Source: Chthoniobacteraceae bacterium
GTDB lineage: Bacteria > Verrucomicrobiota > Verrucomicrobiia > Chthoniobacterales > Chthoniobacteraceae
DNA length: 24,487 nucleotides
Direction of reading: 5' to 3'
NCBI GenBank assembly: GCA_031409335.1
Contig: JANNWY010000088.1
Coordinates: 1-24,487, forward strand
The notes under the pieces are model-generated. The model had not been told where the DNA came from, did no database searches, and worked only from the letters and a program-made list of their open reading frames with translations. The position numbers and the translations under genes were made by a program. This document shows positions 9,010 through 18,539 of this stretch, in pieces (positions within the stretch are counted from its first letter, which is position 1; the number at the start of each line of letters is the position of its first letter).

Positions 9010-10281
9010 ATGCAAAAACCTTCACCCTACTTCAGCAACCTCAAATGCCGCGAGTGCGGCAAACTTTACCCGAAGCAGGCGATCCATGTCTGCGACTTCG
9101 ATTTCGGTCCGCTCGAGGCGGCTTACGATTACGAGGCGATCGGAAAGGTGCTCACGCGCGAGGTCATCGAATCGCGCCCGCAGTCGATGTGGCGCTACCG
9201 CGAGCTGCTGCCGATCGACGGCGAGCCGACGGTCGGGACGCAAGTGGGATATACGCCTTTGATCAAAGCAGACCGGCTCGCGAAGGTGCTCGGCATTCGC
9301 GATCTCTATATCAAGAACGACACGGTGAATTACCCAACGCTGTCGTTTAAGGATCGCGTCGTTTCCGTGGCGCTCAGCCGTGCGAAGGAGCTTGGTTTCA
9401 GCGTGGTCGCGTGTGCTTCGACGGGGAATCTCGCGAACTCGGTGGCCGCGAATGCGGCAAGCGCGGGGCTGAAAAGCTACGTGCTGATTCCCGCCGATCT
9501 GGAGCAGGGGAAGGTGCTCGGCTCGCTCGTGTATGGGACAAATGTCGTCTCGATTCACGGTGCGTACGATCAGGTGAACCGGCTCTGCTCGGAGATCGCG
9601 GGCAAGTATGGCTGGGGTTTTGTGAACGTGAATTTGCGTCCGTATTACGCCGAAGGCTCGAAGTCGATGGGCTTCGAGATTTGCGAACAGCTCGGCTGGC
9701 GCATCCCGCGGCACACCGTCGCGCCGATGGCGTCCGGCTCGCTGCTCACGAAAATCCACAAGGCATACGGCGAGTTCACCAAGCTCGGACTGGTCGATGC
9801 CGCGCCATTCAGCGTCCACGGCGCCCAGGCCACCGGCTGCGCCCCGATCGCGCACGCGATGAAGAAGGGGACCGACATCGTGCGCCCCGTGCCGAAGCCC
9901 GACACGATCGTAAAATCACTCGCGATCGGCACGCCGGCGGACGGCTATTACGCCATCCACGCGATGAGAGAAACCGGCGGATTTGCGGAGGACGTGACCG
10001 ATGAGGAAGTCGTCGAAGGCATCCGCCAGCTCGCCGAGTACGAAGGCGTTTTCGCCGAAACCGCGGGCGGCGTCACCGTCGCCTGCGCGCGGAAATTGAT
10101 CGCGAGCGGAAAGATTCCAGCGAACGAAAGTGCGGTCTTGTGCATCACCGGCCACGGCCTCAAAACTCAGGAAGCGATCGTCGGGAAGTGCGGCGAACCG
10201 CGCACCATCGCCCCGAGCCTGCGCGAGTTTGAAGAACGCATCTACAACCCCGACGCGGCGCTGGTTTCCGCGAATTCCTAA
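9010..10281 (+). CDS. thrC: Threonine-synthase-like PLP enzyme (fold type II), probably acting in homocysteine/methionine synthesis
   Basis: N-terminal CRECG...C ribbon, SMWRYRELLP, PLP-lysine motif PTLSFKDR, ASTGN, EGSKS, ITGHGLK. True start is ATG 9010; the track's GTG 8899 lies inside the riboswitch. Function is inferred from context, so thrC is a family label only. Confidence 0.88.
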   Translation: MQKPSPYFSNLKCRECGKLYPKQAIHVCDFDFGPLEAAYDYEAIGKVLTREVIESRPQSMWRYRELLPIDGEPTVGTQVGYTPLIKADRLAKVLGIRDLYIKNDTVNYPTLSFKDRVVSVALSRAKELGFSVVACASTGNLANSVAANAASAGLKSYVLIPADLEQGKVLGSLVYGTNVVSIHGAYDQVNRLCSEIAGKYGWGFVNVNLRPYYAEGSKSMGFEICEQLGWRIPRHTVAPMASGSLLTKIHKAYGEFTKLGLVDAAPFSVHGAQATGCAPIAHAMKKGTDIVRPVPKPDTIVKSLAIGTPADGYYAIHAMRETGGFAEDVTDEEVVEGIRQLAEYEGVFAETAGGVTVACARKLIASGKIPANESAVLCITGHGLKTQEAIVGKCGEPRTIAPSLREFEERIYNPDAALVSANS

Positions 10282-10303
10282 ATCCTAAATCCTATTCCTA
10301 AAT
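10273..10303. repeat. Degenerate heptamer tandem repeat (AAATCCT)
   Basis: aattcct aaatcct aaatcct attcct aaat, spanning the stop codon and the intergenic gap. Confidence 0.65.
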
Positions 10304-10310
10304 TTTCCCA

Positions 10311-10583
10311 ATGCCCTCCGTCCTCATCCCGACCCCGCTCCGCAAGCTCACCAACGAACTCGAAACCGTCAGCGGTGCCGGGGCCAATATCGGCGAACTC
10401 ATCGACAATCTCGACAAAGCCTTCCCCGGCCTGAAAGACCGCGTTTGCGATGAAGCTGGCAACGTCCGCCGTTTCGTGAACATCTACGTCAACGGTGAAG
10501 ACATTCGTTTTCTCGACGAGAAAGCGACCGCTGTGAAGGACAGCGACGAAATCAGCATCGTGCCCGCCATCGCGGGCGGCTAG
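10311..10583 (+). CDS. MoaD/ThiS/CysO-family ubiquitin-like sulfur carrier protein
   Basis: 90 aa; IPTPLR, FVNIYVNGEDIRFL, C-terminal SIVPAIAGG followed directly by the stop. Confidence 0.93.
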   Translation: MPSVLIPTPLRKLTNELETVSGAGANIGELIDNLDKAFPGLKDRVCDEAGNVRRFVNIYVNGEDIRFLDEKATAVKDSDEISIVPAIAGG

Positions 10584-10598
10584 TGGCTGCGTCGATTG

Positions 10599-10626
10599 CC
10601 TTCGACCTTCGGCTCGCGACCTTCGA
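10599..10626. repeat. Degenerate heptamer tandem repeat (CCTTCGA)
   Basis: ccttcga ccttcgg ctcgcga ccttcga, between the sulfur carrier and NIL genes. Confidence 0.65.
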
Positions 10627-10637
10627 CCATTCCATCC

Positions 10638-10883
10638 ATGAAAGACAAACAACGCCTCTGGCTCATGTTTCCCGCCAAGCTCATCACCCGCCCGATCATC
10701 TGGGAACTCGGCAAGAATTTCGACATCGTGACCAACGTGCGCCAGTGCAGCGTCACCGACGAGGTCGGCCTCGCGTCGCTTTCGCTCGAAGGCGAGCGCG
10801 GCGAAATCCAGAAAGCCATCGCCTGGCTGGAAGAACTCGGCGTCAAAGTCGAGCCGGTCGAGATCAACACGATCGAAGGCTGA
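10638..10883 (+). CDS. Stand-alone NIL-domain protein (MetN C-terminal-like ACT fold)
   Basis: 81 aa with LxFP...PIIWELGKNFDIVTNVRQCSV...G...LxLEG...AIAWLEELGVKVE, the NIL pattern. Start ATG 10638. Confidence 0.85.
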   Translation: MKDKQRLWLMFPAKLITRPIIWELGKNFDIVTNVRQCSVTDEVGLASLSLEGERGEIQKAIAWLEELGVKVEPVEINTIEG

Positions 10884-10983
10884 CGTGCGGAATCGCGAAA
10901 AAAATTAGGCCGATTGTCAGATTAAGTTTGCCGACTCCGCGGCCACCCGTATCCTCTGCGAGCCTCTACTTCCAAAGAATCAC

Positions 10984-11688
10984 ATGAAACTATCATCTCC
11001 CAAATCTCAGTCCGCATTCACGCTGATCGAATTGCTCGTCGTGATCTCGATCATCGCCATTTTGGCCGGCATCGCCTTGCCGGTTTTCGGCGAAGTCCAA
11101 GTCAAAGGCGCGCAGGCCAAAGTGCTCTCAAACATCAAACAAGTCGGCCTAGCCTGCCGACTTTTTGCCGATGACTATAACGGTCTTTTCCCCACAAACA
11201 CGATTGATGAATCGACCGGCAAGCTGAGCAAGAACGAGGTCACCGACTCCAATTCCGCGTTCGCTCAACTTTTCGAGGCGGGTTATATGAAGTCCGAGCA
11301 GCTATTTTTCTGCGCGAAATCGGCATTCACAAAAACGCCGCCGGACGAAAAAATGGAGAGCGGGTCAATCCTGACCGCAGGTGAAAATCACTTCGCGTAT
11401 GTGCTCAACCTGACCACCACCTCGAATGCGGCGTATCCGCTCATTGCCGACGGATTCAAAAGCAAGGGCGATCACACCTATAGCCCGAAGGAGGATGAAG
11501 AAGGAGGCGTTTGGAAAGGGAAGAAGGCCATCGTGCTTCGCTGCGATAACAGCGCCTCAATCGAAAAGTTGAACAAAACCTTCAAAGTTCCTGGTGGTCC
11601 GAAAGGAGATGACCTTTTCGACAATGGAGGCGGAACCTCCGACGTGCCTTGGATGGGGCCGACCAACAAAGTGGTGAATCCAAAGTAG
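10984..11688 (+). CDS. Prepilin-type N-terminal cleavage/methylation domain protein (PVC pseudopilin-like)
   Basis: SAFTLIELLVVISIIAILAGIALP followed by SNIKQVGLACRLFADDYNGLFP. Confidence 0.9.
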   Translation: MKLSSPKSQSAFTLIELLVVISIIAILAGIALPVFGEVQVKGAQAKVLSNIKQVGLACRLFADDYNGLFPTNTIDESTGKLSKNEVTDSNSAFAQLFEAGYMKSEQLFFCAKSAFTKTPPDEKMESGSILTAGENHFAYVLNLTTTSNAAYPLIADGFKSKGDHTYSPKEDEEGGVWKGKKAIVLRCDNSASIEKLNKTFKVPGGPKGDDLFDNGGGTSDVPWMGPTNKVVNPK

Positions 11689-11716
11689 GCTTCAAAAAGT
11701 ACTCCGCAAAATTCCC

Positions 11717-11753
11717 AGCCCCGTTCGAATTCGTTCGAACGGGGCTTTTTTTT
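11717..11753 (+). terminator. Rho-independent terminator
   Basis: Perfect 13-bp stem agccccgttcgaa/ttcgaacggggct with a TTCG loop and a T8 run, ~30 nt after the prepilin stop. Confidence 0.92.
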
Positions 11754-11838
11754 CCCTGTGGCTTGCCGCTCCAGCGGCGAGCGGGAAAAGTGGCGGGACA
11801 ATCTCCCGGTTGTCGCCGGAACGACTAACCATGGTGCT

Positions 11839-13224
11839 TCAATCCACCGTCGAGCGCACGGTTCCGTCGCGGAATCGCGTCACCAAATTCGCGCCGACTT
11901 TTAGCGATTTTGCGGAAGACACCACGCTGCCATCCGCGCGCGTCGTCATCGTAAAACCGCGTTCCAGGGCGGACTCCGGCGCGAGCACTCGCAACAGCGT
12001 CGCCGATTGCTCCAGGCGCTGACGCTGCTGCGTCACACGCTGAGTGGTGCGCTCGATCAGTCGATCCCGCGATACTTCGAAGCCCCGGCGCAGCAGCGCG
12101 AGCAACTGATCCGGCCGATGCTGGCGCAACGCGGCGAAACGATCGGCAACGCGGCGTCGGGCGTCGCTCAGGCGGTCCTGCGTTTGCCGTTGAAATGCAT
12201 CCACGAGCGCGTCCAGATTTTGCGCGGCGGCATCCAGGCGGCTACGGGGCTCGCGGAAAAGCGCGCCGCTGGTTAGCACTTCGAGCCGCGCCTTGCCGCG
12301 GGCGATTTCGCTGAGGAGCGATCGCTTCAAGCGCGATTCCAGCGTGCCGATGCGCTGGAGCAATTCCGTCCCATCCGGCGCGATCAATTCCGCCGCCGCA
12401 CTCGGCGTCGGTGCGCGCAGATCGGCGACGAAATCCGCGATCGTAAAATCGATCTCGTGTCCGATCGCCGACACCACCGGCAGTTCCGATGCCGCAATCG
12501 CGCGCGCGAGCGCCTCGTCGTTGAACGCCCACAAATCCTCCGCGCTTCCGCCGCCGCGCGCAATCACCACGAGGTCGATCGCTGGCAATCCGCATTCCCG
12601 AAAACGGTTCAGCTCACCGATCGCCGCAGCCACTTCCGCTGCCGCACCATCGCCCTGCACGCGCACCGGACTCACGATGACACGCAGCCACGGCGCCCGC
12701 CGCGAAAGAATATTCAGCATGTCGCGCAGCGCCGCTCCGGTCGGCGACGTGATGATGCCGATCGTCGTCGGGAATCTTGGAAGTTCCCGCTTCCGATCCG
12801 CGTCGAACAAACCCTCCGCATCGAGTTTCCGCTTCAGCGCTTCAAACTTCGCCTGCAACAGGCCGGCCCCCGCCGCCTGCACGAGCTGCACATTCATCTG
12901 GTACTGCCCGCGCGCTTCGTACACGGTCAGCGCGCCACGCACCTGCACCTGCATTCCGTCGGCCAGCGGCACCGCTTTGCGCAGCGAACCCGAGCGCGCG
13001 AATAGGACGCACGCCAACTGGGAGGTCGCGTCTTTCAATGTGAAATACTGATGGCCCGATGCCTGTCTGCGGTAGTTGCTGACTTCACCCTCGACCCACA
13101 CGGTCCCCACATTTTCCTCGATCGCCGCGCGCACAGTTCGCGTGATTTCCGACACGGAAAAAACCCGCGGCTCATCGCGCTGCGGCTCCGGGGAGCCGAA
13201 TAAATCGAGTTCGCCGCCCGGCAT
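11839..13224 (-). CDS. xseA: Exodeoxyribonuclease VII large subunit
   Basis: VWVEGEVSN, SGHQYFTLKD (OB fold), ITSPTGAALRD, ARGGGSAEDLWAFN, SAIGHEIDFTIADFVADLRAPTPSAAAE, LERGF. ATG 13224 overlaps the upstream TAA (TAATG). Confidence 0.95.
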   Translation of the reverse strand: MPGGELDLFGSPEPQRDEPRVFSVSEITRTVRAAIEENVGTVWVEGEVSNYRRQASGHQYFTLKDATSQLACVLFARSGSLRKAVPLADGMQVQVRGALTVYEARGQYQMNVQLVQAAGAGLLQAKFEALKRKLDAEGLFDADRKRELPRFPTTIGIITSPTGAALRDMLNILSRRAPWLRVIVSPVRVQGDGAAAEVAAAIGELNRFRECGLPAIDLVVIARGGGSAEDLWAFNDEALARAIAASELPVVSAIGHEIDFTIADFVADLRAPTPSAAAELIAPDGTELLQRIGTLESRLKRSLLSEIARGKARLEVLTSGALFREPRSRLDAAAQNLDALVDAFQRQTQDRLSDARRRVADRFAALRQHRPDQLLALLRRGFEVSRDRLIERTTQRVTQQRQRLEQSATLLRVLAPESALERGFTMTTRADGSVVSSAKSLKVGANLVTRFRDGTVRSTVD

Positions 13225-14612
13225 TACAGCAGCGCGTTGACGATCAAAATGATGACGATCGCCGAGCAGGCGACGCCCGTTTCCACCACCGTCCACGTTT
13301 TCAAAGTCTGCGGAATGGTCATGCCGAAATACTCCTTCACGAGCCAGAATCCGCCATCGTTCACATGCGAAAGAATGAGTGACCCCGCGCCCATCGCGAG
13401 CACGAGGAGTTCGCGATTGATCGTCGGATCGGCGTTCACGATCGGCAGCATGATGCCCGCGGCAGTCGTCACGGACACCGTTGCGGAGCCCACGGAGACT
13501 CGCAGCATTCCCGCCACCAGCCACCCGAGCAGCAGAGGCGACATATCGAGTTTGCCGCCGATGTCCGCGAATGCCGCGGCGATGCCGGAAGCTCCGAGCA
13601 CCTTGCTGAAGCCACCGCCGGCGGCAATGACCAGCAGCACGGAACCGACCGGCGCGAGGCATTGTTCCGCGAATTTACCGATGCCGTCCGCGCCGATTCC
13701 GGCCCGGACACCAAACGTCCAAAACGCCACCAGCACCGCGACAAGCATCGCGACCGTGGGTTGCCCGATGAAGTCCGTCCACTTGCGCAGTCCACCCTGC
13801 CAAGTCTCCGCGGGGAATTGCTTTTCGGGCCAGCACACCATCACGAAGCTCGCGATCAACATCAGCAGCACGGGGAGCAGAATCGTGAAAAGACTGATGC
13901 CGAGGCTGGGCCGCCGCGGCGCGCTCGGTTCGGCGCTGGCCACCGCCCCGAGTCCGCCGATTTCCAGCGGCACGCGTGGTACCACCCATCGCGCGAGCAG
14001 CGGCCCGGTGAGCAGCGCCACCGGCGGGCCGACCACGAGCATCGACCACGCGATCGTCTTTCCGGGATCCGCGCCGAGGATGCCGATCGCCGCCATCGGT
14101 CCCGGATGCGGCGGGATGAGCCCGTGCGCGGTGGACATGCCCGCCGCCAGCGGCAGCCCGAGCCGCAGGATCGGCGTCCGGGTTTCGCGCGCGAGCGCAA
14201 AGACGATCGGGCCGAGCAGCAGCACGCCGACTTGAAAGAACACTGAAACGCCGATCACAAAAGCCGCGACCATGATCGCGTAATCGAGCCGCTCGCGCCC
14301 GGCGACCGCGGTGATGCGCGTGGCGATCACGTGCGCAGCGCCGGATTCGCCGAGCAGTTTTCCGAGCATCGTGCCGAGGCCGATGACCATCGCGAGGCTA
14401 CTCAGCGTCTTACCGACGCCCTCGTCGAAACTTTTCACCACCTGCAACGGCTCCATGCCGGCGCACAGGCCCAGCGCCATCGAGATGAGCACGAGCGCGA
14501 CGATCGCGTTGCATTTGAAATGCGCGATCAGCACGATGAGCAGGATGATGGCGGTGAGCGCGAGCGCGAGCAGGCCATTCGTGGAAAGTGCGGCGAGAGT
14601 GGGTGAAAACAT
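13224..14612 (-). CDS. GntP-family gluconate/sugar-acid:H+ symporter
   Basis: Highly hydrophobic; GTMLGKLLGESG, HGLIPPHPGP, GGGFSKVL, RVSVGSATV, SHVNDGGFWLVKEYFGM, TLKTWTVVET. Likely start ATG 14612. Confidence 0.92.
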   Translation of the reverse strand: MFSPTLAALSTNGLLALALTAIILLIVLIAHFKCNAIVALVLISMALGLCAGMEPLQVVKSFDEGVGKTLSSLAMVIGLGTMLGKLLGESGAAHVIATRITAVAGRERLDYAIMVAAFVIGVSVFFQVGVLLLGPIVFALARETRTPILRLGLPLAAGMSTAHGLIPPHPGPMAAIGILGADPGKTIAWSMLVVGPPVALLTGPLLARWVVPRVPLEIGGLGAVASAEPSAPRRPSLGISLFTILLPVLLMLIASFVMVCWPEKQFPAETWQGGLRKWTDFIGQPTVAMLVAVLVAFWTFGVRAGIGADGIGKFAEQCLAPVGSVLLVIAAGGGFSKVLGASGIAAAFADIGGKLDMSPLLLGWLVAGMLRVSVGSATVSVTTAAGIMLPIVNADPTINRELLVLAMGAGSLILSHVNDGGFWLVKEYFGMTIPQTLKTWTVVETGVACSAIVIILIVNALL

Positions 14613-14638
14613 CGGGTGGGGAGGCGACTCCAGACGGA

Positions 14639-15034
14639 CTACGGCTTGAAGCAATACCAGAAGATACCTTCCGAGAGCTTCTCGTATGAGGCCGTGGGAG
14701 TCGGCTTCGGATCATGCTCCATACCGAGCGGAACGATGTAAAGGCCCGACTCCTCGTTGCCCGTGGATTCGAGGCAAAACGCGAATCCATCGGGATACGC
14801 GGAGATGCGTTCCGGGCGCAGTTCTTTGAAAGCGAACGACCAATATTGCGGGCTGACGATGGGGATGGTCTTCCGGTTCTCGGCGAAGAGATTCTTGTAA
14901 AAAATCGCCGCGTCTTTGCGCAATTGGTCCGTGTCCACCCGCTTCAGTGCGGTCCTCGCGCGAGCCCGCGAGTCGGTGCAGGCGGAGAGGAGTAGCGTGA
15001 AAAGGAGGATCGAGATTGCGCACCGGAGGATCAT
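14639..15034 (-). CDS. Hypothetical lipoprotein
   Basis: MILRCAISILLFTLLLSA-C lipobox; fills the gap between kup and the permease on the same strand. Confidence 0.7.
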   Translation of the reverse strand: MILRCAISILLFTLLLSACTDSRARARTALKRVDTDQLRKDAAIFYKNLFAENRKTIPIVSPQYWSFAFKELRPERISAYPDGFAFCLESTGNEESGLYIVPLGMEHDPKPTPTASYEKLSEGIFWYCFKP

Positions 15035-15140
15035 CGAGGCGGCGCAGCTTTTCGCGCTGCGCAGCGCGCGTCGATTCCTAAATGTGTGAATGCGATGCAG
15101 CGCTCTCGACCGATTCAATCGCCCGATCTTTGCCCGCCCC

Positions 15141-17030
15141 TCATACTTCCACGACCTGGCTCACCTCGTACACACGATCCGGCGGCAGGTGAAAAAAGTC
15201 GGCTGCGTTTTCCGAATGTTTGCTGAGGAAAACAAACAGATGCTCGCGCCAGATCGCCATGCCGGCCTTGGAGGTCACCACGATCCGCTCCTTGCCCACA
15301 AAAAACGTCGTGCGGTCGCGGTTGATCGCGAGACCCTTTTCTTTGGCGGCGCGGATCACCTCATCGACGTGCGGCGTTTCCATGAATCCGAAGCTGGCGA
15401 CGACCCGGAAAAAACCCTCCGTGCGATCGCTCACCTCGACGCGCTCCGCTGCGGGGACGTACGGACGGGTGGAATCGGAGATGATCGTCAAAAGGATGTT
15501 CTGCCGGTGCAGGATTTGGTTGTGCTTGATGTTTTTGACGAGCGCGTTTGGCGTCCCGTTGGGATTCCCCGCGAGGAAGACGGCGGTGCCCTGGCTGCGA
15601 TGCAGTTTGTTCTGCGCATCGAGCGTTCCCGCCATGCTGATGGAGGCGATGAAATCATCCAGCGGCATGGCCGGCGGGAGGAATTTGCGGAGCAGGAGGC
15701 GTCCGTCATTCCAAGTGACCATGACCGTGAAAACGAGCGCGGCGAAGACGAGTGGAAACCAGCCGCCGTGCGGGATTTTCAGGGAATTGGCGACGAGGAA
15801 GCCGCACTCCAGCGAGCCAAAAAGCAGGCATGTCAGCCCGGCGCGCAGCGGGCTCCAGTTCCACCGACGCCGCGCGGCAAAGTAGAAGATCGTGGTGGTG
15901 GCCATCATCGTGAGCGTCACGGCGATGCCGTAGGCATTGGTCAGCGCGGAGCTGCTTTTGAAACCGATCACCAGCGCGCAACAACCGAGCGCGAGCATCA
16001 CGTTGATCTTCGGGATATAGATCTGGCCGCGCTCATCCTTCGAGGTGTGGCGGATTTCCATTCGCGGGATGTAACCCATCTGAATGCCCTGCATGGTGAG
16101 GGAAAACGCGCCGGAAATGAGGGCCTGCGAGGCGATCACCGCTGCCGTCGTCGCCAGCGCGACCAGCGGGTATAGCAGCCAGTCTGGCACCATGTAAAAG
16201 AAGGGGTTTTTATGCGCGGCGGGATTCGACAGCACGAGCGCGCCCTGGCCGAGATAGTTCAGCATCAGCGCGGGACAGACGACAAAAGCCCAGGCGCGGG
16301 CGATCGCGGGCCGGCCGAAATGCCCCAAATCCGCGTAGAGCGATTCACCGCCCGTGACGACGAGGAAAACGCCGCCAAGGATGACGAGGGAGGATGTCCC
16401 GTGGTGGGTGAGGAAGTAAAAGCCTTCCACTGGACTGAGCGCTTTGAGGACGGTCGGATTCTGCGTGATTTGGTAGATCCCCAGCACGGCCAGCGTGATG
16501 AACCAGGCGAGCATCACCCGCCCAAACCATTTCCCCAAAGCTCCCGTCCCCTTGGACTGTAGCGCGAACAAACCGACGAGGATGCCAATCGTGAGCGGGA
16601 TGACGAAAGGCCTCACCTTTTCCGTCGCGATGAGCAGCCCCTCGACGGCGGAAATCACCGAGACGGCTGGGGTGATCACCCCGTCCCCATAGAGCAGCGC
16701 CGCGCCGGCGATGCCCACGGCGACCATGCCGCCAGCGGCCACGCCGACGGTTTTCGCGTCCCTCGGGAAGGCGAGCGAGAGCAGGGCGAGGATGCCGCCT
16801 TCGCCCTGATTGTCGGCCCGCGTGATGACGGCGATGTATTTCACCGAGACGAGGATGATGAGGCTCCAGATGATCAGCGAAAGCACGCCGACGATTTCCC
16901 GGTCCGTGTTTATCCCATGCGCGAGGCACTCCTTGAACGCGTAAAGCACGCTCGTGCCGATATCTCCGTATGCGACGCCGAGCGCCCCGATGGAAAGTGA
17001 AAGGGTTTTTGCGTCGGTGTGCTCGCTCAT
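15141..17030 (-). CDS. kup: KUP/HAK/KT potassium transporter
   Basis: GVAYGDIGTS, ADNQGEGGILAL, YGDGVITPAVSV, TGGESLYADLGHFG, ASQALISGAFS, GQIYIP, AYGIAV, GGWFPL, FGFME; 629 aa. Confidence 0.96.
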   Translation of the reverse strand: MSEHTDAKTLSLSIGALGVAYGDIGTSVLYAFKECLAHGINTDREIVGVLSLIIWSLIILVSVKYIAVITRADNQGEGGILALLSLAFPRDAKTVGVAAGGMVAVGIAGAALLYGDGVITPAVSVISAVEGLLIATEKVRPFVIPLTIGILVGLFALQSKGTGALGKWFGRVMLAWFITLAVLGIYQITQNPTVLKALSPVEGFYFLTHHGTSSLVILGGVFLVVTGGESLYADLGHFGRPAIARAWAFVVCPALMLNYLGQGALVLSNPAAHKNPFFYMVPDWLLYPLVALATTAAVIASQALISGAFSLTMQGIQMGYIPRMEIRHTSKDERGQIYIPKINVMLALGCCALVIGFKSSSALTNAYGIAVTLTMMATTTIFYFAARRRWNWSPLRAGLTCLLFGSLECGFLVANSLKIPHGGWFPLVFAALVFTVMVTWNDGRLLLRKFLPPAMPLDDFIASISMAGTLDAQNKLHRSQGTAVFLAGNPNGTPNALVKNIKHNQILHRQNILLTIISDSTRPYVPAAERVEVSDRTEGFFRVVASFGFMETPHVDEVIRAAKEKGLAINRDRTTFFVGKERIVVTSKAGMAIWREHLFVFLSKHSENAADFFHLPPDRVYEVSQVVEV

Positions 17031-17138
17031 CAGCGGAGCAACCTGCCGGGTCCAAATCGGGACAGCAACTCAATCGTGCGGACGCAGCTAAACGGCTTGC
17101 CACACCCGGCGCGTATTCTTAAACCCCTCGCCGCCCGC

Positions 17139-18539
17139 ATGAATCCCACCATCCTCATCGTCGATGACGAAAAGCACACGCGCGATGGGTTGCGGGCGTC
17201 GCTGGAGGATGATTTCGAGGTTTATGTCGCGGCGGATATTCAGGGGGCGCTGAATGTTTTGGACGGCGATCAGGTCGATCTGGTGCTGACGGATTTGCGG
17301 CTGGGTGGCGAGGACGGGATGCAGCTCGTGGACAAGGTGCTGGCGCGGGCGAATCCGCCAATCGTGATCATGATGACGGCGTATGGATCGGTGGATGCGG
17401 CGGTGGAGGCGATGAAGCGCGGGGCGTATGATTTTGTGACGAAGCCGCTGAACATCGACCGGCTCGAGGTGCTGATCGCGCGGGCGCTGCGGAGCCGGGA
17501 TACGGAGCAGCAGGTAGTGGAGCTGAAGAAGGTGGTGGAGAAAAAGTTCGGGCTGGAAAAGCTGATCGGTGGGTCGGCGCCGATGGATGAGGTTTTCGAG
17601 ACGGTGAAACAGGTCGCGCCGACCCGGGCGACGGTGCTGATCCAGGGGGAAAGCGGGACGGGGAAGGAGCTGGTGGCGCAGGCGCTGCACGCGCTGAGCG
17701 GGCGGCCGAAGCAGAAGTTCGTGGCGGTGCATTGCGCGGCGCTGACGCCGGAGTTGCTGGCGAGCGAACTTTTCGGGCACGAGCGCGGGGCATTCACCGG
17801 CGCGCACGAGCGGCGGATCGGGCGCTTCGAGCAGGCGGATGGCGGCACGCTTTTTCTCGATGAAATCGGCGAGATCGACGCGGCCACGCAGGTGAAGCTG
17901 CTGCGGGTGCTGGGCGAGGAGCGGGCGTTCGAGCGCGTGGGGAGCAATACGCCGATCAAGGTGGATGTGCGGCTCGTGGCGGCGACGAACAAGAATCTGG
18001 CGAAGCTGGTGAGCGAGGGGAAATTTCGCGACGATCTCTTCTTCCGCCTGAGCGTGGTGCCGGTAACGCTGCCGCCGCTGCGCGCGCGGAAGGAGGACAT
18101 CCCGCTGCTGGTGAAGGCGTTTTTGAAGACCTGCGCGGAGGAAAACGGGAAGACCGAGAGCGAACTGACCAGCGAAGCGATGCAGGCGATCCTGCGCTAC
18201 GACTGGCCGGGAAATGTGCGCGAGCTGCGGACCGGGATCGAGCACGGCGTGGTGATGGCGACGGGGCCGAAGGTGACGCTGCGCGATTTGCCGATGGCGG
18301 TGCGCCAGGGCGGCGCGGCTTTCCCCGCGACCACGCCGAAGTGGGAGGCACCGAAGACAGAGCAATTCAATTTGCACGAGCACGAAACGCAGCTAATCCT
18401 GCAAGCCCTCGACGACACCGGCGGGAATATCACCCACGCGGCCAAGAAGCTGGGAATCAGCCGGCGCACGATGCACCGGAAGATCAAAGACCTGAAACTC
18501 AAGCCCCCCAAACCGGAGAATCCCGAACCGAACAAATGA
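17139..18539 (+). CDS. Sigma54-dependent response regulator (NtrC/AtoC family; REC-AAA+-Fis HTH)
   Basis: Receiver domain (IVDDE, TDLRL, MTAYG, TKP), Walker A GESGTGKE, GAFTGA, Walker B LFLDEI, WPGNVREL, HTH AAKKLGISRRTMHRK. Start ATG 17139. Confidence 0.95.
   Translation: MNPTILIVDDEKHTRDGLRASLEDDFEVYVAADIQGALNVLDGDQVDLVLTDLRLGGEDGMQLVDKVLARANPPIVIMMTAYGSVDAAVEAMKRGAYDFVTKPLNIDRLEVLIARALRSRDTEQQVVELKKVVEKKFGLEKLIGGSAPMDEVFETVKQVAPTRATVLIQGESGTGKELVAQALHALSGRPKQKFVAVHCAALTPELLASELFGHERGAFTGAHERRIGRFEQADGGTLFLDEIGEIDAATQVKLLRVLGEERAFERVGSNTPIKVDVRLVAATNKNLAKLVSEGKFRDDLFFRLSVVPVTLPPLRARKEDIPLLVKAFLKTCAEENGKTESELTSEAMQAILRYDWPGNVRELRTGIEHGVVMATGPKVTLRDLPMAVRQGGAAFPATTPKWEAPKTEQFNLHEHETQLILQALDDTGGNITHAAKKLGISRRTMHRKIKDLKLKPPKPENPEPNK

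Noticed and set aside
13225..13662. 146-aa N-terminal extension of XseA in the ORF track
   Set aside because: It lies within the GntP coding region; the XseA-like sequence starts at ATG 13224.
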